Assembly (NCBI GenBank): GCA_015233495.1
Contig: JADFXQ010000001.1
Span: 2,790 to 66,789, forward strand
Reading direction: 5' to 3'
Source: Candidatus Omnitrophota bacterium
Lineage (GTDB): Bacteria; Omnitrophota; Gorgyraeia; Zapsychrales; Zapsychraceae
DNA length: 64,000 nt
Under the pieces are notes generated by a model. That model made no database searches, was not told the origin of the DNA, and saw only the letters and a program-made list of their open reading frames with translations. Below are positions 38,171 through 51,600 of this stretch, in pieces; within the stretch, counting starts at the first letter, position 1; each line of letters opens with the position of its first letter. Made by a program: the position numbers and the translations under genes.

Positions 38171-38245
38171 GGGCGTATTATAGCAAAAAAAAGGCGCTCC
38201 GAAATTAAAGAGCGCCTTTTTATTCTCCAGCAAACCTATTAGGGT

Positions 38246-39382
<1,137 letters not shown>

Positions 39383-39471
39383 TTATTTAAAATATACTGC
39401 CCTGGGCTCATTGTCAACAAAAATCACTTTTCCGGCGAAAATCAATCAGAGGGAAAGAAAGGACCGACGCG

Positions 39472-40797
39472 TCATGACAAAAAATCTTTGGCATTTTCCA
39501 AGCTCAAGGCTTGCCATTGAATTTTATAACGGGGATAATCGGCGGTGAGTCGTTGGGCTTTACGTTTTAGTTCTTCGAGATTGATCTTGCGTTTGTTGAT
39601 TTTTACTTCCGCGATCAGCATTTCTTGTTTAAGATCGTTGACCGCCACGATATCGATTTCATTTTCATTGCCCTTTTCCCAATAAGAACCAATGTTATTA
39701 AACTTTTTGGATTCCGCGCATAGATCGCGATAAAATTGTTCCAAGACTTTTCCGGAGTAAACCGCGTAATCCCGCTTGATGATCTCCTTAATGTATTCAA
39801 AATTTTCCGATTCCACCGCCGAACGGTGGCGATAAATAAACCGGAACCAAAAATTTAAAAAATGATCGTTGATTTTGTATTTCTGCGACCGGGAATTGGG
39901 TTTGGCGTTGATGGGTTTATATTTGGCAATGATCGCGTAATCGTTTTCCAAACGGTCCAAGTAACCTCCCGCGTTCCCGCCCAGCAGAGACTCAATCTCC
40001 GATCGTCCGATCTTTCCTACGGAAATCAATTCCAAAATCGAAAAATAAGTGCCATATTCCTTGCCAAATTCCTCGATCAAAAGATTCCTTCCTTCACTCA
40101 AAAACGGCGAATTCGGGGCAATCATAAAATCAAGAATCTGATCCAATGAAAACGCCTTATTCCCGACCAACAGGTCAATATACTTGGGGCTTCCGCCGGT
40201 AAACAAATAAAAATCAAACAAGGCTTTCGTATCCTTGATTTTATGATCTTTAAGGATGTCTCCGATCGTCGCGATCGTGAACGGCTTGATCATAAAAATC
40301 CGATCAGCCCGATTGAACAGCGGCTCTTTGGAATGTTGAAATATCTTGTGTATCAAGGAATAGACGGACCCGACCACAATGACATTCAGCCGGGATTTTC
40401 GCTTATGCAGGTCCCACAATTTCTGAATGTCCGAATAGACCGCGGGATTTATATGATAAAATTCCTGAAACTCGTCCATGATCACCGTGAGCGGCTCGGT
40501 TTTGGCTGCCTGCAATAAAAGCAAAAAGATATCTTTGAAGGTGTGAATTTCGCCCACAAAAGGCAAATCGGGAAGCATCCGCTTGATCTCGGCAAGAAAC
40601 TCGGCGCACAACAAGGCCTCGGATTTTTTCGCCGTAAAAAAATAAAGGTGCCGCGTGTCTTTAACAAATTCCAAAGACAACAGCGTTTTTCCGACGCGTC
40701 GGCGTCCCGTCAAAACCGCCAAACGCCCCTCATCCGGAGATTGGGAAAAAAGCCGCTTTAAATCTTTTAATTCCTGCCGGCGATCATAGAATTTCAT
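39472..40797 (-). CDS. AAA-family ATPase of the 'archaeal ATPase'/DUF234 type
   Basis: Walker A GRRRVGKT; C-terminal DUF234-like region. Confidence 0.6.
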   Translation of the reverse strand: MKFYDRRQELKDLKRLFSQSPDEGRLAVLTGRRRVGKTLLSLEFVKDTRHLYFFTAKKSEALLCAEFLAEIKRMLPDLPFVGEIHTFKDIFLLLLQAAKTEPLTVIMDEFQEFYHINPAVYSDIQKLWDLHKRKSRLNVIVVGSVYSLIHKIFQHSKEPLFNRADRIFMIKPFTIATIGDILKDHKIKDTKALFDFYLFTGGSPKYIDLLVGNKAFSLDQILDFMIAPNSPFLSEGRNLLIEEFGKEYGTYFSILELISVGKIGRSEIESLLGGNAGGYLDRLENDYAIIAKYKPINAKPNSRSQKYKINDHFLNFWFRFIYRHRSAVESENFEYIKEIIKRDYAVYSGKVLEQFYRDLCAESKKFNNIGSYWEKGNENEIDIVAVNDLKQEMLIAEVKINKRKINLEELKRKAQRLTADYPRYKIQWQALSLENAKDFLS

Positions 40798-40941
40798 TAT
40801 AGTAACCTCCGTTACTGTAACTAAGGTTACTATATAAATATAATTTTGTCAAGGATTGGCGCGACACAAAAATTACTTTTCCCTCAACTCCACTCCCCTC
40901 AATGGAATCGCTCAACAGATTGACCTTAAATTTTACGCTTT

Positions 40942-43536
40942 TTAAAATTTTTTCACATCCGCCGGCATTTCCCGGTTGTTCAGGCCCAACAGCGGCAAAA
41001 CGCTGGGCAAAGGCGTGATTCCCAGAAAAATCGCTTCTAAACCCCGAAAATGTCCCGCCCGCAGCTCTGCGCCAACCGCCGGGTCGAATTTAAATTCAAT
41101 GCCTGATCCTTCTTTAGCGATTTCCATTCCCATTCGTTTTCCATTAAACGCCACACCGCCGAGCGGCGTCATTTCAGCCGGCGAAGATTGCTGCGCGCCT
41201 GCGGCGCTCACCTCATGAATAGCTTCGCTATTGACCGCCAGTCCTTCAAAGGCGAGTCGCAACGCGATCAATTCTTCCGGCAACATATTCGGGAATTTAA
41301 AAATATTAAAACGCCATTCAGATCCAAAGGGGGCCTGTAATAAATAATCAGACAGCGACGAAATTGGACGCCGATTGCCATTAGGCGCCACAATATCGAT
41401 CGACGCGTAAACACCGGGGTTAACCGATGAATCTTTATCACCCATTTGCGGCGCGCTCTGATATTCCACTCGATATCCTTCCGGGAGTTTGGGGTATTCC
41501 CGAACCTGGTTTAATATAGAGTCTGGCGCACTGTCCCCACTTAAAACACCTCCCAAAGCCTGAAAAATTCCCGCATAATGTATAATGCTTAGTTCCCATA
41601 TTGTTTTTTCCCAAATACGGATTTGCATTTCCCGATAAGCATCTACCACTGCTTTATTGACCAGTTCCAAGACTTTGCCTCTGGGCAAAGCCAGAATGAC
41701 ATCATGCTGCTGCAGCCCGGGATCACTCGCCACGGTTGTTTGGAATGTAAAAAACAACGTGTGTTTCTCTTTCGCCATATCGGCTATGCCCTGCTCAGAA
41801 GGGGACGGATCGATTCCATCTTTCCTTACAACTGACCTGATGCTTCCGTCTCTGAGCTGGATGCCATCGACCACCACCCCATCAACAGCCTGACGTTCCC
41901 GTAGAAAAAATTGCAAGGCAGGAGCCGTGGTTTGTTGTCCCCAATATCGGTTACTGGCGCCATAAGTGAACTTGATTTCATTTTGAAGCTTGGGCAATAA
42001 GCTTTTTATATCTTTTTCCAAAGCCAGCACTGGCGGTCTAACCACCACCACATTTTGATTTGGCAGAACCACTGTCACAATCACACTCTGACGAATTTGG
42101 AGGGCCTTTTCCCAATCTTCCGGCTTTGGATCAGTATTAAGATGCAATTCATCTCCTGTCCCTGCTAACAAAAACATATCTTTACCCGGATCTTCCTGAA
42201 TGCCGACTTTGACTTCAGCAGCATACCAACCTCGTAAAATCTTTTGATAATCCCCCGCGGTTTTTGTCCCGGGATAACTTAAATTTCGCAGAATGTCCGA
42301 CATGATCGACGCATCGCGTTGAGTCAACTTCGCGGGCGATGATTGCGCCGCTTTGGTTAATTTGGTGTATCCTATGGGCTGCATCCTTTCTGTCACAAAA
42401 ACGGCGTCCGAGACGAGCAAAAGCGCGGTTTCCGCCGGAGAACTGCTATACGCCGTAACGGGGTCTGGTAACATATGTAATCCGCCGGAAAAATATTTGC
42501 GGGAAGTGGTCTCTTCCGTGACCGGATCCGTGTCTTCTTTGATATAGTTAAAAACCCCCTTGGAAAATGCGTGTAAATACCGTTCATAAATCTTGTCTTT
42601 TTCAGCAGGATCCGCGGTTTTGACGCCTTCGATTTTGCCGGTGTTGCTGTATACCTCATTGATCAGGGCGTTTTTTAAGGTTTTTTTGTACCACGAAGCC
42701 AGAATCATCGCATGAAACATCTGGCGCAATTGGGTGAAATTCTTGCCTTGATTCACTTCTTTTTCAATTTCGGGAATGACCACTTCCTTGACAGCCGAAG
42801 CCGCCATGCTTTGAGCGGAGCGAAATAGCGGCGGAGTGCCGAACCCAGTCAGTTCGGCTGTTGTTTTCTTTTGAATCGCCACATAATCCTCTTCCATCAT
42901 CACCTTCAACTTCCAGCCGATCACAAAAGCCGTATTATTTCGTTCCAAGACCTTGGCATGGTCCGCCACGATCCAGACTTTATTAAATGTATCCACCGGG
43001 ATATCCACATTGCCGTATTGCTTACGCACCTTGGCATAAACAGTATCCCAGAATTTTTTCCCCAATTCTTTTTCCGGGTACATCAAGGAAGCGGTCAATT
43101 GTTTCAAAACATAATCCTGCGCTAACATATCCCGCCCCATTTCCGTTTTTCCTAAAGCATCCGGAACGATCCGGTTTTTTTCATACGGCGAAAAGTTCAC
43201 CCAGAGATCTTCGTCCTTAATCGTAAGGCTGGCCAAAAAATACTTAATCAGTTTTTGCGCCTCCGCCTTGAATTCCGGGCTATTGGTCTTATATCCGGAA
43301 TGGCCGGAATCAATAATAAAATCAAACAACAACGGATTATCCGGATGGACGACCAGTCCTTTCATCATGACCGGCGTGTACATAGGTGTCAATCCGACCA
43401 TTGCTCCCGGCGCCGGCAAAAGCAAAGGCCCGGCAAATACGCTTTGTCCCGGACCAAAAGCCCATCCGCAGAAAAAGATTAACCATACGGTAAAAATACG
43501 ATAAAAAAGAGTTTTTTTGAATTTGCTGATGGACAT
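40942..43536 (-). CDS. secreted 864-aa protein, paralog of the N-terminal domain of the giant protein
   Basis: Signal peptide; blocks LWVNFSPYEKNRIVP and FWDTVYAKVRKQYGN..VWIV align with the giant ORF. Confidence 0.65.
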   Translation of the reverse strand: MSISKFKKTLFYRIFTVWLIFFCGWAFGPGQSVFAGPLLLPAPGAMVGLTPMYTPVMMKGLVVHPDNPLLFDFIIDSGHSGYKTNSPEFKAEAQKLIKYFLASLTIKDEDLWVNFSPYEKNRIVPDALGKTEMGRDMLAQDYVLKQLTASLMYPEKELGKKFWDTVYAKVRKQYGNVDIPVDTFNKVWIVADHAKVLERNNTAFVIGWKLKVMMEEDYVAIQKKTTAELTGFGTPPLFRSAQSMAASAVKEVVIPEIEKEVNQGKNFTQLRQMFHAMILASWYKKTLKNALINEVYSNTGKIEGVKTADPAEKDKIYERYLHAFSKGVFNYIKEDTDPVTEETTSRKYFSGGLHMLPDPVTAYSSSPAETALLLVSDAVFVTERMQPIGYTKLTKAAQSSPAKLTQRDASIMSDILRNLSYPGTKTAGDYQKILRGWYAAEVKVGIQEDPGKDMFLLAGTGDELHLNTDPKPEDWEKALQIRQSVIVTVVLPNQNVVVVRPPVLALEKDIKSLLPKLQNEIKFTYGASNRYWGQQTTAPALQFFLRERQAVDGVVVDGIQLRDGSIRSVVRKDGIDPSPSEQGIADMAKEKHTLFFTFQTTVASDPGLQQHDVILALPRGKVLELVNKAVVDAYREMQIRIWEKTIWELSIIHYAGIFQALGGVLSGDSAPDSILNQVREYPKLPEGYRVEYQSAPQMGDKDSSVNPGVYASIDIVAPNGNRRPISSLSDYLLQAPFGSEWRFNIFKFPNMLPEELIALRLAFEGLAVNSEAIHEVSAAGAQQSSPAEMTPLGGVAFNGKRMGMEIAKEGSGIEFKFDPAVGAELRAGHFRGLEAIFLGITPLPSVLPLLGLNNREMPADVKKF

Positions 43537-43666
43537 AGCCCGCTCTCCTGTTGAAATTGCTGGTTAATTTGACCGCCGCTCGAAAAGAGCATCGGCAATG
43601 TAACTGGTTACATGGCAAATATGCCATATGATCCGAGGTTTGTCAAGGCAACCAGGCAAACTTTTT

Positions 43667-44701
43667 TTAAATATTTTGGGAAAAGACGGATTTCCGCTCT
43701 ACGAACTGAACCGGAAGGATCGTTTTACAATGGAAGGATTCCAACAAAACGCGCGACTCCAGATGAGTTATGAGCGACCGGACTGCTTCTTGCGCCAAAT
43801 GATAAACCGGCATCCTAACGGTCGTTAACGCGGGCCGCAATCCGGCAGACCGCCAATCATCATCAAAGCCGACTACGGATATTTTTTGCGGGCAAAGGAT
43901 CTTTTTTTCCTTCAAGCGATTCATCACCATAATAGCCATATTATCATTACAACAAAATATAGCAGTTATCCGCGGCCGGACGCTTAATAATTGATCCAAC
44001 GCGCCGGCAGTGATCTTTTCATTATCAAAATCGCCGGTTTGAATCAAATCTTTTCCTAAACGAAAGCCTTTTTTTAATAATCCGCCGCGAAACCCCTCCA
44101 GGCGTTCGCCGGAATCGCGCGACCAGTCCGGACCGGCCAGACAGGCCACGCAATGATGGCCTTTTTCTAATAAATGCTCGGCGACCATTTGCCCTCCGGC
44201 CAGATTATCGGCGCAAACAAACCGCGCCTTGATCCCGGCTTCGTAATCATTGATAATCACGCAAGGAATCTTCATCTGATTAATAACTTCCCGGTTGGCG
44301 AAAAAACGAAACCACTGGGTGGAAATCAAACCATCCACCCCTTCCCCGGCATAAAAATCAGAATTGGCCCATTTTTCCTTTTCCTGCTTTAATAGAATCA
44401 ATTTGAATTGATATGCGGTCCTTAGCAGATAATTGGAAACCCCGGCCAGGATATGTGCATAGTAAGAACTATAAAAAATATTCTCCACATAAGGAAAAAC
44501 GATCCCGATAGTTTTCGTTGAGGTCTTCCGCAGATTTTTTGCCGCGAAATGCGGCGTGTATCCCAGCTCTTGAATCAGGGTGTCAATCCTTTGCCGGGTT
44601 GCGCCCGCGACCCGATGCCGGGTATCCGGATTGATCACCCGGGAAATCGTCGCTACCGAGACGTGGGCTTGTTTCGCTAATTGCCGAATGTTCAGTTTCA
44701 T
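43667..44701 (-). CDS. LacI-family transcriptional regulator
   Basis: N-terminal HTH MKLNIRQLAKQAHVSVATISRV; periplasmic-binding-fold effector domain. Confidence 0.8.
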   Translation of the reverse strand: MKLNIRQLAKQAHVSVATISRVINPDTRHRVAGATRQRIDTLIQELGYTPHFAAKNLRKTSTKTIGIVFPYVENIFYSSYYAHILAGVSNYLLRTAYQFKLILLKQEKEKWANSDFYAGEGVDGLISTQWFRFFANREVINQMKIPCVIINDYEAGIKARFVCADNLAGGQMVAEHLLEKGHHCVACLAGPDWSRDSGERLEGFRGGLLKKGFRLGKDLIQTGDFDNEKITAGALDQLLSVRPRITAIFCCNDNMAIMVMNRLKEKKILCPQKISVVGFDDDWRSAGLRPALTTVRMPVYHLAQEAVRSLITHLESRVLLESFHCKTILPVQFVERKSVFSQNI

Positions 44702-44799
44702 AATATCGTCCGGATTTGAATGTAACTAATTACTTAAAATATACCTGATTCCGCAACAAACGTCAATATATTGGGCAAATAAATAGTGACGGGAAAATT

Positions 44800-44975
44800 A
44801 TTGCTGGATCAGAAGCAGAAAACTAATCAGCCAAACTAATATTTTCGATCTTGAGCCGATCCAGGATCTGCGTAAAGTTAAATAAGTCCTCATAATATAA
44901 GTATAAAATATAAATCGACGGAAAATAAGGGCGGGACCGGGGGGTTGGGAAAGCGTTTTCTTTATGGCAGCACTA
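44800..44975 (-). pseudogene. duplicate of the giant-gene promoter plus first 31 codons (MRTYLTLRRSWIGSRSKILVWLISFLLLIQQ*), upstream of lacI
   Basis: About 85-90% DNA identity to 54167-54320. Confidence 0.6.
44949..44960. promoter_or_regulatory. LacI-type operator-like half-palindrome GAAAGCGTTTTC (AANCGNTT core)
   Basis: Sequence motif; a counterpart, GAAAAAACGCTTTC, is present at 54304-54317. Confidence 0.3.
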
Positions 44976-45063
44976 TAATGGAGAATCCGCTGAGTTAAGA
45001 TCAGAGAGAACATTGACAAACCAACAATTTCATGTTAACTTAATAAAAAATAGGAGACAAACC

Positions 45064-45234
45064 ATGAATTCCAAAACAACCCAAGCGCTCAAACATTTGC
45101 ATAAAGCGCGGGAACTGGCGAAAAACTTAGATAATCCGTTCAAAGGTCTCACCAAAGAAGGAATCATTAACCAATTACGCGCTTCCCGGGAAAAACTCTG
45201 GTTGGAAAAGTATGCGGTTAGTTCTCGACACTAA
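45064..45234 (+). CDS. putative antitoxin (VapB-like)
   Basis: Small basic/helical protein with a TAGGAG Shine-Dalgarno, overlapping the downstream PIN gene. Confidence 0.45.
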   Translation: MNSKTTQALKHLHKARELAKNLDNPFKGLTKEGIINQLRASREKLWLEKYAVSSRH

Positions 45235-45619
45235 TGTCTTCATCTTCGCGTTCGGCGAAGCCGAAAATGTATCTTGCGTGAGACTGATTGAAACTTTGAC
45301 AGTCCTCAAGGCATCCATTCATATTCCCCGCACAATTATCCGCGAAGTCCAAAATAGCCTGCGCCCTATATTGTTCAAAGAATTCATTCTCTTTCTGAAT
45401 AAAGCGGCGCATATCGAAGAAGATCACGTTGTCTCTTTTGAGCTCGGCATGAAATACGAAGCTATGGGACTAAAACCCGCCGATGCTTTTATCGGCTCAT
45501 TTACGGAATGGGTTGGCGCGGAAATTCTCGTGTCGGAAAACCGCCATTTTCTTTCCCGGCAATCCAATTTGCCGTTTAAAGTCTTAACGGCTGAAAAATG
45601 CCTCAAATTTTTTAAATAA
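45212..45619 (+). CDS. vapC: PIN-domain toxin (VapC family)
   Basis: LVLDTNVFIFAF N-terminal acidic motif and further conserved Asp residues. Confidence 0.7.
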   Translation: MRLVLDTNVFIFAFGEAENVSCVRLIETLTVLKASIHIPRTIIREVQNSLRPILFKEFILFLNKAAHIEEDHVVSFELGMKYEAMGLKPADAFIGSFTEWVGAEILVSENRHFLSRQSNLPFKVLTAEKCLKFFK

Positions 45620-45688
45620 TTCTTGGAAATCAAAAAAACTTCGCGATATTTCCTCGAAATTAGCTCGAGCTCAACTGATTCCTCCCAA

Positions 45689-48600
45689 TTATTCCGAATG
45701 CAGCATCACCAGCATCTCCCGCATCTCAGGATCAGTGGGGGATTGTTCGTCTTCTTCAAGGCGCAGGATGTCCGCGATACAGCCCAAGACCGCCGGGCGT
45801 TCTTTTTTCAACCGGCCGTTTTGATATGACGCGGCCACATAATTTGCAATCCGCCGGATCGCGGGGATGCCCCCTTCCGCCAACATGGCCTGGATGGCAG
45901 CCCACTCGTCTCGAGAATTAAAATCCGCGGGCAGCTTAGCCGCCATTTTTCGCCACCCGTATAGAGAATTGGTTCCTTTCTCAAAGGGGGACAACTCCCG
46001 CAAGTCAACGCCGCCGGGATTCTCCGCGGATTCCGCCGGGGCCGGCGAACTTTGGCGCCGGGTTGCGCCTAATTGCGTTGTTACCGGCGAACCGGCCGCG
46101 TCAGCCCGCGCCGGGTCTATTCCCGAATCTTCACCCTCCAGAACAAACCAGTTGCATGCAACCCATTTCATCATTTGAGCGAACGGGCCGACCGGTTGGT
46201 GGGTAAAACCGCTTTTGGAATCCGTTGACACAAAACCCCGGCGCAACTGCTCCCGGACATCCAGGTTCGTCCTGACCGACTCTTCCAATAAATGCGCTAA
46301 TTCATGAATAATAACATCCGTAGCTTGACAAATCACGCCCGGACCAGCAACCCCAATTTGTCCCGCCAAAGCACGGTTCAGAAACATTGTCGGCTTTTCC
46401 TGGCCTTTGGGGCCATAATACCCGAACGCGCCCGCGAACCGCAGTGACTCATCAGGTAAATCACTCAACAACACAACCTGCTCTATGCCGAAATGCCTCG
46501 CCCCGGATAAAGCCAAATCCCGCAATTCCTTTTCCCGATCAGTATAGGCGCTGGTATTGATCATAAATTTTTCAGGATGAGAAATTTGTTCAATACCGGT
46601 TGTCACATCAATTGACTTGCTGACCATCTCATCAAAATCCGCTATATCTTCGGCCTGCGGTACGGCTTCCAAAATATATCCGGCTTGCTCTGCCGCGCGT
46701 TGCAGCGCTTTGGATGCTTTTCCCAAAAATGACGGCCGCTGCTTTTCCCGTTCTATTTGCAACTTCATACGCCGTCCAAATAAACTGATTGTTTTCCCGG
46801 GCCTATCCGGATTCGGCACATTTAACATTAAAATCAATTTAACAAAGTTCGGAACCACAAGGTCTTTTTCCCCATACTGCGCCGGCAGAGATTCTAATTC
46901 CTCAGAGCTAATCAAGGAAAATTGACCGGCATTGATCTTGTTCGCCAACGCGCTGATGGCCCGATCGTGTTGATCAATGGCTAACGAATAATGTTCTCTC
47001 GGCTCTCTTTCCCATTCGACAGGAAAACCCTCAAAAGTAAATTGACCCTGCTCTGCCGTGGCTGGCATCATTGTCCGCAAAGCCAAAGCCTTATAAAATT
47101 CGATTGCCACATATCTCTGAACTATGGATTTATAATGTTCGTCAAAATGCGCGAACTTGTCGCGATTGCCGGTCAGCGGCAACGGGACCTGCACGATCAA
47201 CCCCAGTTGTTGAATATGCTTGCGTAAGGCCGGCGGGACGAGCGCGAAATACTGGGCTTCATCCAACTCGCATACCCGGCGGCCAAATTTGTCTACGACC
47301 TGCGACGGCATATCCCTAGCGCTAATGATTTTAAATTTGCCGTCAAACGTATGGGTTTGCGACGCGATAAGAAAATCCCAAGCCTGGGGAAATTCTTTCT
47401 CCAATGTCCGCCGGATAGCTTGCTCCGCTTGGTCCCAACCCTCCCGCAGGGTGATCTCATTGTCGCCAACCCGATACGCCCACCCGCGCTCCACCATGAT
47501 CCCCGCAAACCTGGACCACTCCCAACTGCGGGGCGCCCACCCGGCCCACCAACGGCGCGGTCGAGGCAATTGCGTCTCAAATTCCTGCCGGGTGATCGGC
47601 TTGCCTCCGGCAAGTATGGCCTTAAAATCGGTTTCACTTAAAACCTGATGATCCACAGTCAGCAGTTCATTGTGAGTCTCGCCGTCGATACCGCGCCGGA
47701 AATATATCCCAAATCCGCCGCTGGTTCGCGGCCCATCCGCAGTGGAAGAAAGTCCGGAAAATATCTTATACGCGCGCTCGGACAGCATCGCGTCAAATTC
47801 CGGGATCGTGTCTTTCGCTTTTTTGATCCGCCGAATCAAAACCCCATCCTGCACATTGGGGTCGCTAATCTTCCGGATCCGGGTGAGCTTCACGTGAAGC
47901 GGGTTGCCAAACGCGTCTTTGGAAACTTGGATCACAAACATATAACCCGTCCCTTGCCGGCAGGTAATGATTTCCACGCGGTCCACCCCGGCCAAAAAAG
48001 TATATTTCCCTTTCCCAAAAAAACCGGCAGAATGTTCTTGCTCATCCGCTTCTTTAGTCGACACCTTGATCAACAACGCTGCCGCGTAAGCCGCGCCGGG
48101 TCCGTCGTCCTGGAAAGCCTCCACATATTCTTCTTCGCCGTTATTGTCCTGCAAATAATGGTCAATGACCAAGGTTTTCGCGCCCGCGTCCTGGGCGTTG
48201 GCCGGACCTTCGCGAGCGGCCGCGTCAGCTTCTCCCTGTACCTTGACATCGAACAGCACATCCTTTTCAGATTGGGGATCGGTTTCCGGCAAAGACACCG
48301 CAGGGTCCTGAATCGCGGCTATCAAATCGTCCATCGCAATAACCGGCTGGCCGTTCTTGGGCCGGCGTCGTTCCAAATCGTTCAATCGGGAAAGGTCAAT
48401 TCCCTGCGGATAATGCCCAGTGCCGTCCGCCAACAAAACGTCTTCGCCATTCGGCAAAACCGGTTGCCCGCGATGCGGCAATTCATCGATCTCTTGAGTC
48501 AAAAAAGCCACGACCGGACGCGCGTATCCCATGTCATGGCCGGCCAGCGGATCATCCGCGTAGGCCAACAAGAGCCGGATGCCAACAGTCTGGAAACTCG

Positions 48601-51600
48601 AACATAATTTTTTCAGAAAATTGACTTTGCTTTGCTCTTCCGCTGTGAGGATCCGGCTGATTTGCTTGGTCATGATCGGGATATGATGAACCGGATCATT
48701 GCCGGCAAACCGGGCCAAGAACGCCACCGCATCTAAAAGCCCAGACGTGTTGATTCCCGTAAACGTAGTAAGCGCTCTGATCAATTGAATCACCGCTTCC
48801 AGAGCCCGGACTTGTTCAACAGTGTCCATTTGCCAGCCGCCGCCTAAAGCGAGTACCGCTTCCAAAGATAAATCCGTCGCGGCATCCTCGTCCAGAGCCA
48901 TTTGAAATAAACTGCCAAACAATTGCGTATAAAAAGCTCGCCGCGTTTTATGGACATTGGGTAAACGTTCGGCAACTGTTTCCAGATAACCCGGCAAACC
49001 GGACATGATCCGGGCCATCCGCCGCTCAAATAACTCAAACGGCAGTCCGGTCAAATCTAATTCCTGCCCTTGTGCCGCCGCGGCAAAACGCCGCCGGATT
49101 TCCGCGGTCTGCTTTGCAAACAACCGGTCAATCCCCGCTTCGATCCGTCCGTTGATTTCATCTTGATAATCCGCGCACTCCTCGGGAACCAAGGCCGCGA
49201 ACCCCAAATAAGCCGCTCTGGCCTGAGCAATCCAGGCTTCACCCTGACTCATAATTTTTTCCTGCCACAAAGCATCTTCGCGGCGCTCCGGCTCTACTGG
49301 AGCAGCTGCCGGCAGCTCAATTGGGACCTCAGACACCGCTCTTATTCTCTCCGATAAGTTCGCATAAAACGCTCTTATAATTTCCTCGTAAATAGCCGTC
49401 GGCGGCGCCAACGCCGAAGTTCGAACCCGGGTGCGCCGCGGGTCCAAATAAATACTCTGGCCCGTGCTCGCGTTGGTGAAAACAAAATACTCCCCGTTCA
49501 CATGCACATAAGCAAAAGCGTCGGGTACACCCTGGGGAATTTCCCGAACGTTTCCTTGCGCGTCGAATATTGCGAGTCTACCCTGTAAAATAAATTCGCG
49601 GCTCTTTGTTATCGTAATAGAAAGCGATGATAAGTTTACGCTATGGAATTTTTGGGTTCCCTCATCCCAAACCACCAACATCGAATCATCTTTCCGGTCA
49701 ACCCACCAACTCTTGCCGCCTTTTAAAGGTAAGATCTCCGTGGTTATACCGCAATCAAATTGTTCTTCCTCTACCTCGCTTTTTAAATTTCGGAATAATG
49801 TGTCACCCTGCACATTGCCAATATTCCGCCAAACAGCCACATTACCGAACAATTCCACAGTTGTACGGTCCTGTTTCGTCGGCGGATTGGAACTATAATG
49901 TATCCTTGTCCCCATAATCATGAATAAGCCGAACCTATCCGCAATTTGGTATATGTTGCTCCCCGAAATATCATACCCTTGCCAGAATTCCGGGCTGGCT
50001 TGGCCGGACGGAAACTCCGGAATTGATTGTTCATTATACAATTGCCTTAGGACAAGTGTGTTTTTATTCCTTAGAAACGTCAACATTTCATTTTTGTCGC
50101 GGCCTTCGAAAACTACATAAACAAATCCCGCATCATTACTGATAAAAATTTTTTCTTTGAAATCTGGCATCCTGGTTGTAACCGGTTCTCCTGACTTTAA
50201 ATTGATCAAACCTAATTTATTCCCTATTTTATAAATCGCAATCATGCCGCTGGCGTCGATCTCAATATGCTCCGCGTTCCAAATCAGCGGTTTACCCGAT
50301 TCCAAGGAAAAAAGGCCATAGGTATTATTCCTTTGCTTGGCAATGACCACATCCGCTTTGTCGTGAACAACGTATTCACTGATCTCCCTGAATGACGTGA
50401 ACCCAGTCAGCTGGGGAAGCGCGGCGTCATGATCGCAATATTTGATCTCATTTTTAAACCGCTGGACGGAAAACCGCCCGGAAGCGGACAGTTGAATGTC
50501 CCAGGCGCGCTTCCGCGCAGACCTGGTCGTAGGTAAATTTCGAATATCTATGATCTCTTTCCCGCCCGCCTGATCAACATATTCCACAATCAAAAACCGA
50601 TCCGTATGCGACACCATATAGCAATCGTGCACCGTCCAGAGCAGTTCACCCGCGGGATTATAGATATCAACCTTTCGAGAAAATATTCTCATGAAATAGT
50701 TGTCTTCCATTCTAATGAATCGTGCTATTCCTATCTCAATATGGTCTTCTGCTGGAGCGTCTGACGGTTTACTGAACAAAAATATAGAATCCGCTGGCGC
50801 GGCCTGTGACCCTTCAGCAAACGGCGCCACAACCGTTTGGGAAGGTCCCGGAACAAAAGCAGTTGCCGGAGGGCGGCTTAAATCTTCCCGAAACCTCTGC
50901 TCTGCGGCGGCGCCTATGCTGCCTGCGTTGGAAACAGCCGGCCAAGCCGGTTTCGCCGGCGCGGCCGTCGGGGCGTCGATAACATTCGCTTCCGCGAATC
51001 CCGGCCGCATTTCATATCCCGTGACAAGGGCCTCCCCCGTCATCTTATTGATCTGCTCCCACATATGCGCCAATTCTTTGCGTTCCTGCGCATTCAGACC
51101 CGTTGATTTTTTCGCCAACTCAAACAACCTTTGCCCAAAAGAATTGCGCCCCTTGCCTGAGGGCACAGCCACAAAATCTTTGGCACGGACCAGCGCCAAA
51201 TCCCGGTCAACTTGTTCGCTGGATACCGCCTTTCCGTTTACCGCAGCCAAACTTTCCGCGGTGAACGGCAAAACCACCACTGACAACTCGCCTTTCAACA
51301 GCTTATCCGGGATCACCTGGCCGCCCAATTGACTCGCGATAAACGTGGCAGTGCTGTCAAACAAATCTTCATGCAGCCAAATCACTTTGTCTTCTTTTCC
51401 CTTCGGAATTTGCACCTTGCGAAAATCCGTATAATACGGCAAAAGCAGATATCCCTGCGCTTGATATTCTTTTAACCAAGGCTTAAGCGCTTTCTTGATC
51501 TCCATCTTTATTTGATCGATGACATTAGCATGCTTGCCGTTTTCACCAATCAATCCATCCAAACCGCAAACCAGCATATTGATGTACCGGATCTTATCCG

